From NCBI GenBank assembly GCA_002269645.1, contig NIVC01000423.1, forward strand, positions 124,001 to 188,000: a stretch of DNA of 64,000 nucleotides, read 5' to 3'. The first letter of the stretch is position 1; every line of letters begins with the position of its first letter. This stretch comes from Macrostomum lignano (lineage: Eukaryota). A program made the position numbers and the translations under genes. This document shows, piece after piece, positions 24,588-37,448 of the stretch. The notes beneath the pieces are model-generated. The model was not told where the DNA came from and ran no database searches. It was given only the letters and a program-made list of their open reading frames with translations.

Positions 24588-27500
24588 CTTCTTTTTTTAA
24601 TCTGTGATGAAAATTCGAAATAATTTATATCAAATAAAGAATAAACCGGCCGTCGTGTATTGATAATGCCGTAATGGGGACTCTAAATGAATAATGTAGG
24701 GGCCTATGCTAATTTCCAATCAATTTTCTAATATAATTTTGTATAACATTAGTATTGACTTTATTAGCCTTGGCTTAAGGCCTAGTAGACCATAGACCTA
24801 AGCAAAGAAGGTAACTAACATTCAATTCATCCTTGGACTTTATCTATCTAGGTCAATATTCCAGATTTTTTAGCTAGATCATTCTAGTCTTTAAAAGACA
24901 CTTTAAATAAACCTATGCTATGGCTTGCCAGACTAGGCCCTATTTGAAAAATTCAAGATTGTTTGTCTTTGACTTTACTCTTTGGTCTGGTCTACTCTTT
25001 TTTATAAGTTATTATTTGTTTGTTTCATTCTCATTTAAAGCATGGCATTCTTTCGTCTTACAATGCCCATGTTAAATAAACAAGAAGGGTTTAAAAAAGT
25101 ATAGGCCTACTTTACGATGGAAAAGAGCAGTGTTTCAGAGGTCTTAAATTCAGTCATATAGTTGGTTTGTACTTCTAACTATATTTCCACAGAAATGTCA
25201 CAACTCACACGCTTTAACATTGTGTCCGCCCTCATGACATTAGCAACTGAAGCTATTGAGCCATTATAATCCGTTTTGTTTTACGATGCCTTATGAATAA
25301 TTACAACATCTGGGGCATCACAAAATGAAACAGATATTATAGCGGCACTTTTGGACTCAAACTCATACATTACACGAAGAGTCCTGTGAATTGATAAAGA
25401 AAAGGAGACAAAAGCAGTAAACCAATTTAAGGACCTTTAAGTAAGTAACCCCCTCTCACTTTCATTTTGTGATGCCCATAATGGACTGAATTATACCAAA
25501 GGCACCGTAAAACGAAACGGAATATATAGCTTGCCTTTCATTAATGAATCAACAATCTGTCAAGTATACAAAATACAAAATACGTGTATAGCCATAACAG
25601 AAAATTATACAGAAACTACACTATCATGCCTATGCCATATGCTTTCTATGGGCATCGTAAAATGAACGGGGGCTGTCCCATTGAAATCGAAATGCATAGC
25701 AGGCATCGTAAGACAAAAGAATGCCTAAAGCATTTTATAATATTTGTTTTCATTATTAATTTAATAGGCCTATTGCAATTTTATTTTTAATAGGCCTATA
25801 TAGTAGGGGGCCTAGGCCTAATGTCTTGTCTTCTATTTAATATAAAGCAGTATAGGCCTAGTATAGGTAGGCCTATGCAGCATAGTTTTAAAAGTCTAGT
25901 GTCATTTCACTCATAATATCCAGGGCTACAACATGGCATGGTTAAAAATTTGGATTAAAAAAAAATTCTTACTGGACCCTCTACTATGCTTAGGCTTAGC
26001 ATTATATAATAATTTAAAAACTTATATATAATACTAGGCCTACTAAAAGTAAGCAAATAAAAAGTTTATTTGAAACTTGAAAGTTAATTAATAATTTTAT
26101 TAGTTAATAATAAAATACAAATAAGAGGGTTGTTTCAATAGCATTAGCAGGTAGCACGCAAAAAGTTACAAAAGATTAAGAAAGAAGTGAACAAAGTGAT
26201 CAATGCTCACGCGCAAGTATTATTAAAGTTAATTAATAAGAAGTTATTATATTTGTATTTATCATTGTTATAAACAAAGAGATTAATTAGGAATTTAGAT
26301 AGATTTAAATAAATTTAAAATATTGTAACTATTTGTTTGGAAGTGCAAATTCTACTACTAAAAAGAGTAAGCCTGATGTTGCTCTTGGTGGCATAGAGTC
26401 CAAGTGGCAAGACACTGTCTATTATAAGTTAAGATTATTCCAAGGGAAGGCTACACGATAGACTGGAATTGCTGGGAAACTAACAAGCCAAGGGAGAATA
26501 AGACTTTCAATGGTTAATAGAGAATTCTTGCATGGAAGGTATGTTGTCTAGTAGGGAAGGAGGCAGTATGCCTAATAAGGAACTAGAATTAGGAGGGGAT
26601 TGGGCAGACAGAGAGTCTGGCTGGGGAGTTGATAGAATGTCAGTCTGGGCTAAAAGATCTGGGGATAGGAAAAGGCAGAATGCCTGTTCAACTAGGGAGA
26701 GAGAGAGTATGGCCAATTCGCCTGGGGGAAGAGAGTAGGGCTATATGCTCTTGAGAAAAGGGGGAGAGAGTGGGCAGAGACTGCACGTCTCTAAATGAAC
26801 AAGGCTGACTCAATGGCTATTTTTAGAACAAACTGTTCTTTTGGCACTAGGCCTAATAGCAAACTAGCAGGTCATTAGGTCTTAAATAAAAGGTTTCATA
26901 CTTATATATATAATATAGTCAGTTTACTAAAAATGGCAGATAGTTTTAAAAAAATGTTTTCATTACAAAAGTTTTATTATAGATATATGCTAAGGTTACT
27001 AAATTTCAAGTAAAATTATCATTTAATATGTGTATTATTACTTATGATAATAGTGACAGCAATTTACTCGTTAAAAGGCAGTAAGTACTAAAGATTCTCT
27101 TTATATGCCCAAATAATGGTCAATAAGGTAAAAGTTAATGGAATTTTCATATAAGCTAGTTTTGAGAATAAAATGTTAATAAAAAAATTAGGTTTTTATA
27201 CAATGAATGATTATAAAAATGATGTAGCATGCAATAATAATAGCCTGTTACACATCCTTGGTCATTGACATTATCATGACATTAATGTTAACAATGAATT
27301 TGTCATTAACTCACAAAATTATTCACACAAATTCATTAATCCATTAGTGCAAAAAATCTTAATGGCAGTCCATTTATTTTAATAAAAAATCTTAATGCTT
27401 GTTTATGCTTATTAATAGATTAATACTTATTAATAGACTGGTACCTAATACTGATCTTGTAGGCCTATGGAGTATGGACTAGGTCTAGATTTAAAAAGAT

Positions 27501-28314
27501 TTTGGCTAGTTAGTATATATACTAATAGTAATAATAAGGCCTAATGAGCTTTACATATATGCCAACTTCAAAATTTATTTTATCTAGCTAAACAACTTAA
27601 TTTTTGACAAAAAATAAGACTTATCTATGATATGAAAAAACATGAGCAAAAATTAACAATTTTTGTTAAATGGCAATAGTAAGCCTAGCTATGACTATAT
27701 TATTAAGGCTTAATGTGTTATCATTTAATTAGTAATATATCGGTTTTTGGGTTGGTATTTTTGACACTTGACTAGTCTTTGGCTAGACCTCTTGCTATTT
27801 GCTCAAATTATCTAGGTCAGCCAGATGTTGGATAGGGCCTATTTATAAGGCTCTGGACTCTAGAAAGTTATATGTATGCTAGAGTCCATAGTCCTTTTTG
27901 TTACAGTTATGCCAAGAATCTAGAAAAATTGGGCCTAGCCTTAGTGTAAATGCCTGGCCTGGTGTAAATGAATTGATAAAAATGATTGGCAGAAATCTAA
28001 ATGGCTGGCATAAAAACAACTGTCTACAGATGATTTATTTGTAAAAAGTAAAACAATGTTAAAAACCCAGAAATTATGCTATAATCCATTTTTATTTCAG
28101 TTATTATATAATTATATAATACTAATGCCTAATAGTATTTTTGTATAAAAACTTGTAAAACTTGTTTATTCTGTTTAAAATTTGTAGGTAATAGCATTTT
28201 TGTTTTTTTAAAGATGTTATAAAAAGATTTTGTTTAAAATCTTTTAGGCCTTTTAATATTTTGACCAAATTTTATATACAGTAGAATCTTTAAGTTAGCA
28301 ACTTAATAATATAG

Positions 28315-29454
28315 TGAAGTACAGTTGTTTTTGGTCTGGTTTCTAGTTTGTCTTGCCTGTTGTTGTCTAGAGGCCTTCAATAGAATTGCTGCCACTAGTG
28401 ATGTACAGGCTTCTTCGATGTTGACTTGCGATGGCCTAGTAGGTCTCCTGGAGCAAGGCGGTGACCTCTAGCTGCTTGTTTCTTAGAAAGGATACTTGTA
28501 GAGTAGGTAGTGCTGCCACCAGCTTGCTCGGATCTTGTCCTTCAGTGAGGGAGACTCCGGGCTGAGCAAAATAAACGAGACACGAGAACTCAGCACATCG
28601 TGCAGATTTGACAGTTCGTACCAGTGCACACCTCGTCAGCAGTCCTGTCGGGCTCAAGTGCGGGGATGAGGAACTGTGCTAGTCTCTATTAGTTTGGTTG
28701 GGATTTAGCACACTCGAGGACACACAATCGCAGATGGATCAGATATCAGATAGGTTGGCTAAGGCCTAGCGCAAGCTGCACTGGACTTCCAAGAGAGCAG
28801 TTATTAGAAGAGTTAATGCACAGGTAAATGAGAGGTTTCACAGAGGGTTGCCAAACAGCGGCACAAGAGGCCCGTACTTATAGGGTAGCGGATCAATTTC
28901 ACCATACCGTGCAACACCCCATTGCGCCAGAGTGCGCAAGGCCACTCTCACTGCCCCCAATCTGGCGTGATTCAGTTCTATTTTTAGAAACAGGCGCGGA
29001 TCCCTCAGTTTGAGAGGCAAGGACGCCATTCCTAATTTAGAGCCTGACACCCGAGATTGCACAAGGCAGTGCAAGAAAAGGACAGAGTGCCGGGGCACAT
29101 GATCCACTTCCGTACGGCCAGACAAAGAGTACAGCCAGAACTGGCTGGACTCGAGCTAAGAGAACGCAGCCACACAAAAAAAGGGGGGAAGGAGACAGAC
29201 AAAGAATGAAACAAGGACAGGCTGAGTGGAGAAGCTCAGACGCTGGGAACGCAAACGAACTGGAAAAAGGGGGGAACAATAGGGAGCACAGGCAGACAAA
29301 GGACAATGAGGGAGGGAGAGGGAGAGAGAGGGGTAGGAGAGGGAGAGAGAGAGAGAGGGAGGGAGAGCTGCGGCCAGCGGCAGCCAATAGCTCAGGAGGG
29401 TGCAGGGCACAGCTGACAAAGGGGGCACCTAACACTAAACTAGTGCTCACTTCA
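28315..29454 (-). repeat. 3' LTR of element A
   Basis: Direct repeat of 34911-36053 with scattered substitutions. Confidence 0.97.
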
Positions 29455-30040
29455 CTCTCCCCGTTCAAATGATGAGGCGGAGTGCAAGCGTAGCCGCTTT
29501 ATTTAAAACAAACAAGTTAAATTGTACTTTAACAAAATATAAACTTCGGTGTTAATTTGAGTTTAGGCAGCATGAAGATGGTAGAGATTGTACCTGAAGG
29601 ATAAACATAAAATGCATTAGTGTCGGATTAATACCAGCTGACCTGATTGAATGCAAAACACGGCAATGTTAAGTAGGCGAGTTTGCTGTTCAATATGCGG
29701 GCTGACGCCCTACTAAATGCCTATAATCATGATGGGGGTGTAGGCCCACTAATAGAGTAAAACATAGGATGCCTAAATAAGTTGGTGGGATGCTGGGAGT
29801 CAAATGGCAGAGCCCGGGGAGAAGGCACATGCAGCAAGAGGAGAAAAATAAAATAATGCAGTTGCGCGCAACTTGCGCTTGCATGGAGGGGGCCCTACCC
29901 TCTTTAGAGTTCAAAGTAAGGGCCAAGTTCAGCGTGGCATCAAGCAAAGAGGTGGGTGCATCCTGGCGACGGCCGACCCAGCAGCGAGCACACCTGTCAG
30001 CGTCAAGGCTACCAGATCGGGCGGCTCAGGGCCAGGTGGC

Positions 30041-33000
30041 CTAGGCGATGCGATTGGGCAAGTCCGGGACTCGGCTGGCCATCACACGGGCGATACGGCG
30101 GGCCACCACCCTAAGTATAGCCGGGTGTTCAGGATGGCGGACCGCGGCGCCGGCGATGTCCGCACCGTGGTCCATCGCGGCTTGGCGCTCGATGTCATCA
30201 AGAGCCCGCATCTCAGCCCAGATGGGCTCATTGAAGGAGGGCCATTTGCCATCTTGAGCTGCCGCCACAAAACAGCCGGCAAGATGCTTGGCGATGGTGT
30301 GGGCTAAGCTGATGGGCTCACTTGGTGTCGGCAGGAGGTCGGCGTCATGCAGGTTGGCTGCCTGGATGTATGCGTCGGCCCTGGATGGGCCCTCAGCCTG
30401 GGTGGCGGCATCGATGCAGCGGGGCTCAGCCGGGGAGTTGGGCGGGGCCTGCGGCAGAGCGAGCCGGAGCTCCTCGGCGAGGTCGCTCCAGCTATACGTA
30501 ATCTCGTTGGCGTCGCTGAATTCAGCCTCAGAGGTCTGGGTGGCCATGTTCACCAATGTCGGAGCCTTGTTGGCCCCGGTCACAATCAGCTTTGCGGCCG
30601 CTGCTACAGTCTTACCCGGGGGATCTTCCTGCGGCTGACTGGCGATGGGCTCCAGCGTCTCTGGAGTGGAAGGCCCAGCCGTAGGGCTGTCTGCACCAAA
30701 CGCGGCCGCAAAAGCGGCAAAGCTGGTTGGGCCTCTGGGTAGATGCGAGGGCGCGGCCGCCAATGGCCTTGCCGTGGTCACCGGATCAACAGGTCGTCGG
30801 GGATGTCGCTGCCGGTGGGCCTCTGGTCCCAGGCTGACCCGTGGGTCATCAGGACTCTGGTGGCTCGGCGAGGACTGCAAATGGCGGATCCGGGTAGCGG
30901 AGTCTTCGCCAGTGAGGTCAATGACCTCTGGCTGCAAGTTCTCCTGTCACTGGCGATGCCGTCCGCGTCCTCGGCGATGTCGCAGTCGCGAGGCGTCCCT
31001 TGACCGAGGCGTCTCGTTGTTACGGCGTCGGTCCGGCAGCGGCGATCGTTGATTGGGCGGCGGGGACGGGGACCGACTATACGGAGTCTGGCCGAGACGC
31101 AGTCTAGGGTATACGTGCTGGACCCAGGGAAGCCGGGGCGCACTTTCCCATTGGCTGGCAGCTGTGCCAATGGCGGGGCCAGCATCGGCGAGGCAGAACA
31201 GCTGTCTGCACTGCGCTGTCGCTCGCTCGTTGGAGCTTGTGCGGTCCGTTCGCTTTGGCGGGCGAGATGGGTGCATTTCTGCGCTGAAATGGTTGAAATT
31301 TTGTGCGCGCATGCGGGCGGTGCGACTAGCGTACGTTTGCGGCCTAGTATCACTAATGAGAAGCCTCTCTGGAGGCCTACGGTCCCTAGCTAGCCTACCT
31401 AAACCTACAGGCTCTACAGGCACTTCCACCGGAGTGGTGCATGGCAATGGTACACGAGACTGTACCGCAGAAAAATGCTCAGGGGGAGTAGGGACATGGA
31501 CGGGCGAAAAGGAAGCAGCAGGCACAGGTGCATTAGAAACAGGCTCACGCAAGTGGCATTCACCATACAGCACTGGCTCACGCCGAAGTGCACTTGCCTG
31601 GTTTGCTGGTGTCGTGTTCGGTCCACCTCCTGGCTGCACCTCCGGGATCGCCAGGAAGTACCACCAGAGAGCCGGCCTCACGTCATCATCCTTGTCGTCA
31701 TCGGGATCTTCAAGCTCTTCCTCGGGAACCGGTGGCAGGGTCGCGGGTCCTGCACCGTCAGGATCATCTGGCTGCCGTCTGCACTTCTTCGCCTTCTTGA
31801 CTTCGGGATCTGAAATCATCGCATAGTCCGCGTCAGGAACGTGGAGCAGGTTGCGGCGATGAACGACAAGTTCATCCCGTCAGGCTTGCGGATTGGGCAG
31901 TCTACGGCAAATCTTGTAGACCACCTCGCCTTTGGGTTCTACAACTTCGTAGAGTGCTTTGCGGGGTCGATGAAACTTCGCCGCCTCATCCGGTTTGAGC
32001 ACCGGGTTGTTGAGAAAAACCAAATCACCGGGCTTGAGCTTCTTGGCCTTCAGCAGGTTGGAGTAGTGCTCGTCTCGCAGTTGTTGATGGAGATGCAGAG
32101 GATCCTTATCTAGCTCGGTGGCATTGTCGAGACGGCGTTGGAAGTCCTTGACATACTCGGGCAAGTCGGCATACTCGGGCAGCTTCTTCAGCGCGTTGTC
32201 GATCGGCAGTCGGAAGTCACGGCCGAACACCAGGTAGTGGGGCGTGAATCCTGTCACCGGGTGTACACTGGAGCGGAGAGCCATCAGGCAGGCTGGAAGG
32301 AAGGTGTCCCAGTCATTGTGGTTTCGCTCGAGGAGGCAGGTGAGAATGCTCTTCAGCTGCTTGTTGAGGTTCTCGACTTGACCATTGGAAGCTGGTTTGT
32401 ACGGTGTTGTTGTAGTATGTTGAATGCCAAACAGGTTGCAGAACTTCTTGAAGGCGGAGCCGGTGAAGTTGGTGCCTTGATCAGTGTGTATCCAGCAGGG
32501 TACACCAAAGTCAGGGATCAAGCGCTCCTGCAAGATCTTGATGACAGTCTTGGCTTTCTGGTTCCTCATAGGATAGGCAAACGGGTACTTTGACGTCGCG
32601 TTGCACAAGGTCAATATGTAGCGGTTCCCACTCTTGCTCTTCTAGGCAATAGGGCCTACTACATCGCAATGTACTCTTCCTAGCACTTTGCGGACTGGGA
32701 AGCTTTGAACTGGAACTTCGTCTCGCCTTCGCGATTTGCTTTCGAGACAGGCACGGCATCTGCTGATAAAATTCTCAATGACACGGGCTAATCCGGGCCG
32801 CCAGAATCGTTCTCGCAGTCATTTCAGCGTTTTTGTCTGGCCTAGGTGTCCACACAGTGGCGAACTGTGGAGCTCCTGGAGCACCTGGGCATCGAGGGCT
32901 TCGTGCAGGAAAACCTTCGGGGACTGCTGGCCATCAGTCAGGTCGATCATCAGCAGGCCGTTGTCCTCTCGCAGATTCTCGTAATATCCGAGCAGGTTCC

Positions 33001-33370
33001 GCTGCTCCTTCGTCAGCCGCAACCGGGTGTCAAACTTGGGCTTTGGGGCTTTGTTCTTGACCAAGTTGAACACGTAACTGATAGCTCAGTCAGCGCACTG
33101 CGTGTCGACAAACTGTTGCCGCGTCATCGGCAACCTCAGAAAATCCGTGAGCACAGCGCGGCATGGCTGAGGGGTCATGACTCCCGCAGTCTCCGCTTCA
33201 GTGGCTCGCAGTTGATCACGCGACTCCGTCTTGTCAGCGTCAGGATTAGGTCGCTCCGAGGGACTTTGTCTCACAACGTCGGCGTACAATTGCTGATCTT
33301 GTTTTAAAGTTCTCATCATCGCTCTCTTGACAGGAATTTCCGCAGCTGGAGCAGTCCGCGACATCACCAA
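30041..33370 (-). pseudogene. Element A integrase plus long C-terminal Pol extension (interrupted by stops)
   Basis: LHSSPLCGHLG, HTDQG, QVENLN and KALYEVV motifs; in-frame stops near 32643 and 30947; extension carries EVIDLTG and NMATQTS. Confidence 0.9.
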
Positions 33371-34820
33371 ACTCCACCGGGATGATCACCTTACACGCAA
33401 GGGGTAGCTGCGTACCATCGTACATGGTCACGCAATCCGGGATAGCATGCGATATGATACACCAAGGCATCCGGCGTCTAATAGTGGCCCAGATTGATGA
33501 ACCAAGAAAGTTTTTCCTACTGCCGCTGTCTAGCAAGAAAGCGACCTCTCAACTCGCAACTCGACCTGTGACATATAGATCGGCCTCATGCACATGGATT
33601 TTTTGATCATCAGAGGTGTCCACGAAACCTCCGGGCTCCGCGTCTCTTACTGACGAGCAACTGTCGGACTGGGCACTGGCGCTTGCCCAGCCCACATCCT
33701 CTTCTTCTCGTGACCTCTCGGAGTCTGCCAAGTAGCCGGGGCTTGGGCTCTGCGGAGGGCGTTGCCGTGGGCGCTCTCCGTCTCGCCATTTCCCTGGTTC
33801 TGGCGTAACGGGCACTGTGCATTGCGATGACCAGGCTGACCGCAGCCATAGCAGATCATGGCTTTTGCAGGCAGACTTGTCTTCTGCTGCTGGTCACGCT
33901 GCACCAGGTTGTCTAGCATTTGCTGCTGTTTCTCTAGCAGATCAGTCAGAGCTAGGAGAGCTTGAGCGGTGGCGTCGGGCGTCGGGTCACCGTCGCACTC
34001 CCCATTCAGCATGCGAACCGGGGGTTGAGCAGAGCGCTGCGCCAGTTCTTTGGCGCCTTCCAGACGATGGAGTTCTCGAATAGTGGCCAGCAGATTGTTC
34101 GGGCGGACCCAATAGAGCCACTTGCGCAGATCTGGTGTTGTCCTGATGCCAGCTAGGAACTGATCAGCCAGCTCCCGCTCTCGATCCTCAGGGCATTCAA
34201 GGGTACGCTTGCTCTCCCAAGGTGTGCAGGGCATCAGCGTACTCTTCTGCTGACTCATTCTTGCCTTGCTGACGCCTCCTTAGAAGCTCTCGATACTCAT
34301 CAGCGCCACCGTGGCGCGCAAATCGCTCGATTAAACGCTGCTTAACCTCCTCGTAGCTGGCGAACCTTGGCAGATGCATGCTGAGCAGGGCCGGATACGC
34401 AGTAGACAGATCCAGACTCGCGATGAGGTGCTGCTTCATCTCAAACGGGTCGACGACTCGCTCCATCTCGCAACGCTGCTTGAACGCGGCAAGCCAGACA
34501 TGAATGTCCTGACTTGGAGTAAATTTAACAATCTTAATCTGTTTACTCACCGGTTGCTCTATTTGCTGCTGCAGAGCTGCCATCATGGTCCTCAGGTCCA
34601 ATGGTCTGACGGTCTGGCCAAGGTCATCCAAGCCTCGCAGAAGCTCATCTGGCGGGTCCTCGGACACCTCGCTTCGTACACTTTGCCTCGGCGCGGGCCT
34701 CTGACAGAAGTCACCGGTCGTTGCTGCTGCCGTGGCGGCGTCTGCTGCCGCAGGCCTCAAACTGCTGATGTGCTGATCCAGCCGGCTGCTATTCCGGCTC
34801 TTGTCTCGCTCGTTGAACAT
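33246..34820 (-). pseudogene. Element A gag and truncated aspartic protease
   Basis: MFNERD start at 34820; CYGCGQPGHRNAQC knuckle; LLDSGSRKNFL; stop plus frameshift near 34197; deletion junction at about 33360. Confidence 0.9.
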
Positions 34821-34910
34821 GCTGATCTCGTAGCTGACCGAAAAGTCATTCTCGAGAAAGGGCAGTTGGCTTGGGTGTTTCGAAGTCGGATCCCACCGCT
34901 GAGTCACCAA

Positions 34911-36053
34911 TGAAGTACAGTTGTTTTTGGTCTGGTTTCTAGTTTGTCTTGCCTGTTGTTGTCTAGAGGCCTTCAATAGAATCGCTGCCACCAGTGATGT
35001 ACAAGCTTCTTCGATGTTGACTCGAAATGGCCTGGTAGGTCTCCTGGAGCAAGGCGGTGACCTCTAGCTGCTTGTTTCTTAGAAAGGATACTTGTAGAGT
35101 AGGTAGTGCTGCCACCAGCTTGCTCGGATCTTGTCCTTCAGTGAGGGAGACTCCGGGCTGAGCAAAATAAACGAGACACGAGAACTCAGCACATCGTGCA
35201 GATTTGACAGTTCGTACCAGTGCACACCTCGTCAGCGGTCCTGCCGGGCTCAAGTGCGGGGATGAGGAACTGTGCTAGTCTCTGTTAGTCGGTTGGGATT
35301 TAGCACACTCGAGGACACACAATCGCAGATGGATCAGATATCAGATAGGTTGGCTAAGGCCTAGCACAAGCTGCACTGGACTTCCAAGAGAGCAGTTATT
35401 AGAAGAGTTAATGCACAGGTAAATGAGAGGTTTCACAGAGGGTTGCCAAACAGCGGCACAAGAGGCCCGTACTTATAGGGTAGCGGATCAATTTCACCAT
35501 ACCGTGCAACACCCCATTGTGCCAGAGTGCGCAAGGCCACTCTCACTGCCCCCAATCTGGCGTGATTCAGTTCTATTTTTAGAAACAGGCGCGGATCCCT
35601 CAGTTTGAGAGGCAAGGACGCCATTCCTAATTTAGAGCCTGACACCCGAGATTGCACAAGGCAGTGCAAGAAAAGGACAGAGTGCCGGGGCACGTGATCC
35701 GCTTCCGTACGGCCAGACAGAGAGTACAGCCAGAACTGGCTGGACTCGAGCTAAGAGAACGCAGCCACACAAAAAAAGGGGGGGAAGGAGACAGACAAGG
35801 AATGAAACAAGGACAGGCTGAGCGGAGAAGCTCAGACGCTGGGAACGCAAACAAACTGGAAAAAGGGGGAACAAAAGGGAGTGCAGGCAGACAAAGGACA
35901 ACGAGGGAGGGAGAGGGAGAGAGAGGGGCGGGAGAGGGAGTGAGAGAGGGAGAGAGGGAGGGAGAGCTGCGGCCAGCGGCAGCCAACAGCTCAGGAGGGC
36001 GCAGGGCACAGCTGACAAAGAGGGCACCTAACACTAAACTAGTGCTCACTTCA
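34911..36053 (-). repeat. 5' LTR of element A
   Basis: Direct repeat of 28315-29454, adjacent to the PBS. Confidence 0.97.
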
Positions 36054-36264
36054 ATAGTAATCTACTTTCTTCTTCATTAATTACTTCAAACTTTTAATTT
36101 TTAAAATGCACTTAGCTTAATTTTCTTTGACTTGAAATTTTTTTCAATGTTAATGTGGAACTTTAAACAAATTATAATACACTTTAACTAGAAAATTAAA
36201 CCATGTGTGACACTAAAATATTTAAAACATTAATTGTCAAACTAATTCTTGCTTGAGTTAATTA

Positions 36265-36798
36265 TAGGGATTGCAATCCTTGGATCCCAAAATACCAAGA
36301 TTGGGCCCAAATCCCAGGATTTGGGGTACTAAATCCTGGGACTATTTTTTGTTATTATTTTTACAAAACGTGTCGTAATATGAACATAATTAGGCCTACA
36401 ACTAGCTTATTATACTGTGCTAATTTCCATTTAAGTTCCTCACATTGTGTGGCACATTTTTAAGCCCCAAACTACAGATTTAAATATGAAATTTATTCCT
36501 ATATAAATTTTGATATATGATTACTTCTTTACTACTAATTAGTACTTTTATACTACTTTCTTAATTGCATCACAAGATAATGCTGTTTTTCATCTACAAA
36601 AAGATGTGCTATCTCTATAACAATAAAAAATAGAAGCAAAAATACATTTAGCACATATTCTGCCTTAAAATTTTAACTCAAAAGCTTTAAAATCTGTATT
36701 TTTCTGATCCTGGGATTGAATCCTGGGATTGGCCAAATTCTGGGATTAAAATCCCAGGATCCCAGAATTGCAAAAAAACTGGGATTTTGCAATGCCTA
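36265..36798. mobile_element. hAT-like MITE (534 bp)
   Basis: TIRs tagggattgcaa / ttgcaatgccta; 8-bp TSD gttaatta / gttaacta (7 of 8 match); subterminal atcc(c/t)gggat repeats. Confidence 0.8.
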
Positions 36799-37448
36799 GT
36801 TAACTACTATAAAGATATAGTGTTGACAATCATAAATCTGCTTTGTTACCAAAGTGGCTATTACTAAAATAGATTCTATTCTTGTATATTAAGCCTTTTA
36901 GTAGTCTGGTAATAAGCTACAATTATAATAACAATTGTCTATAGGCCAATTATTTATTAAGATTTGCTAGAGCTTCATGAATTTCATTTTAAATAGAAAG
37001 TTTTCTTATTGAGAATTGAGAATTAATCAATATTAGAATAAATAGCAGTTTGTCTATAGGAGATTTTTTCCTTAAGATCTTTGCTAGCAAAGCATTTTTC
37101 TATTTAGAAATAGCTTATTTAGAAATTACAATATCCAATAATTCACAAATATAAACAGCCTGCCTAATTAACAGAGGGCAAAAAGCAATTCCATTGAAAA
37201 CTTTACCATGACAAGAATCATTATATAGAGGCATTGTAAATAACTCAACTCTGGGATAACCATTTAACAACCCAAACAACTAATATGGGATAGAAAGGCA
37301 AGGCAACTGGTAAATCATGAGTTGCAGAACCATGAATTGCAAAAGAAGTTGTAATTTCTATTTCAATGTGCATTTATGGGACTCCATATTGTAACTTGAC
37401 TTGATGCTGGCAACATTTCAGCACAGGTGTAGCAACCTGCAATCAGGC

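Larger units (their letters stand above)
28315..36053 (-). mobile_element. Ty3/gypsy LTR retrotransposon A, defective (RT/RNase H deleted, stops and frameshifts)
   Basis: LTRs 28315-29454 and 34911-36053 (TGAAGT...ACTTCA); 4-bp TSD ATAG; PPT (ctctccccgttcaaa on +) after 29454; PBS before 34911; gag with CCHC knuckle, DSG protease, HHCC/DDE integrase. Confidence 0.97.

Noticed and set aside
25193-25446. Possible decayed exon between an acceptor-like and a donor-like site
   Set aside because: Four stops in about 82 codons is the expectation for AT-rich DNA, and no family was recognised.
30041-31830. env gene downstream of integrase
   Set aside because: No signal peptide, transmembrane helix or furin/fusion pattern, and it is in frame with pol.
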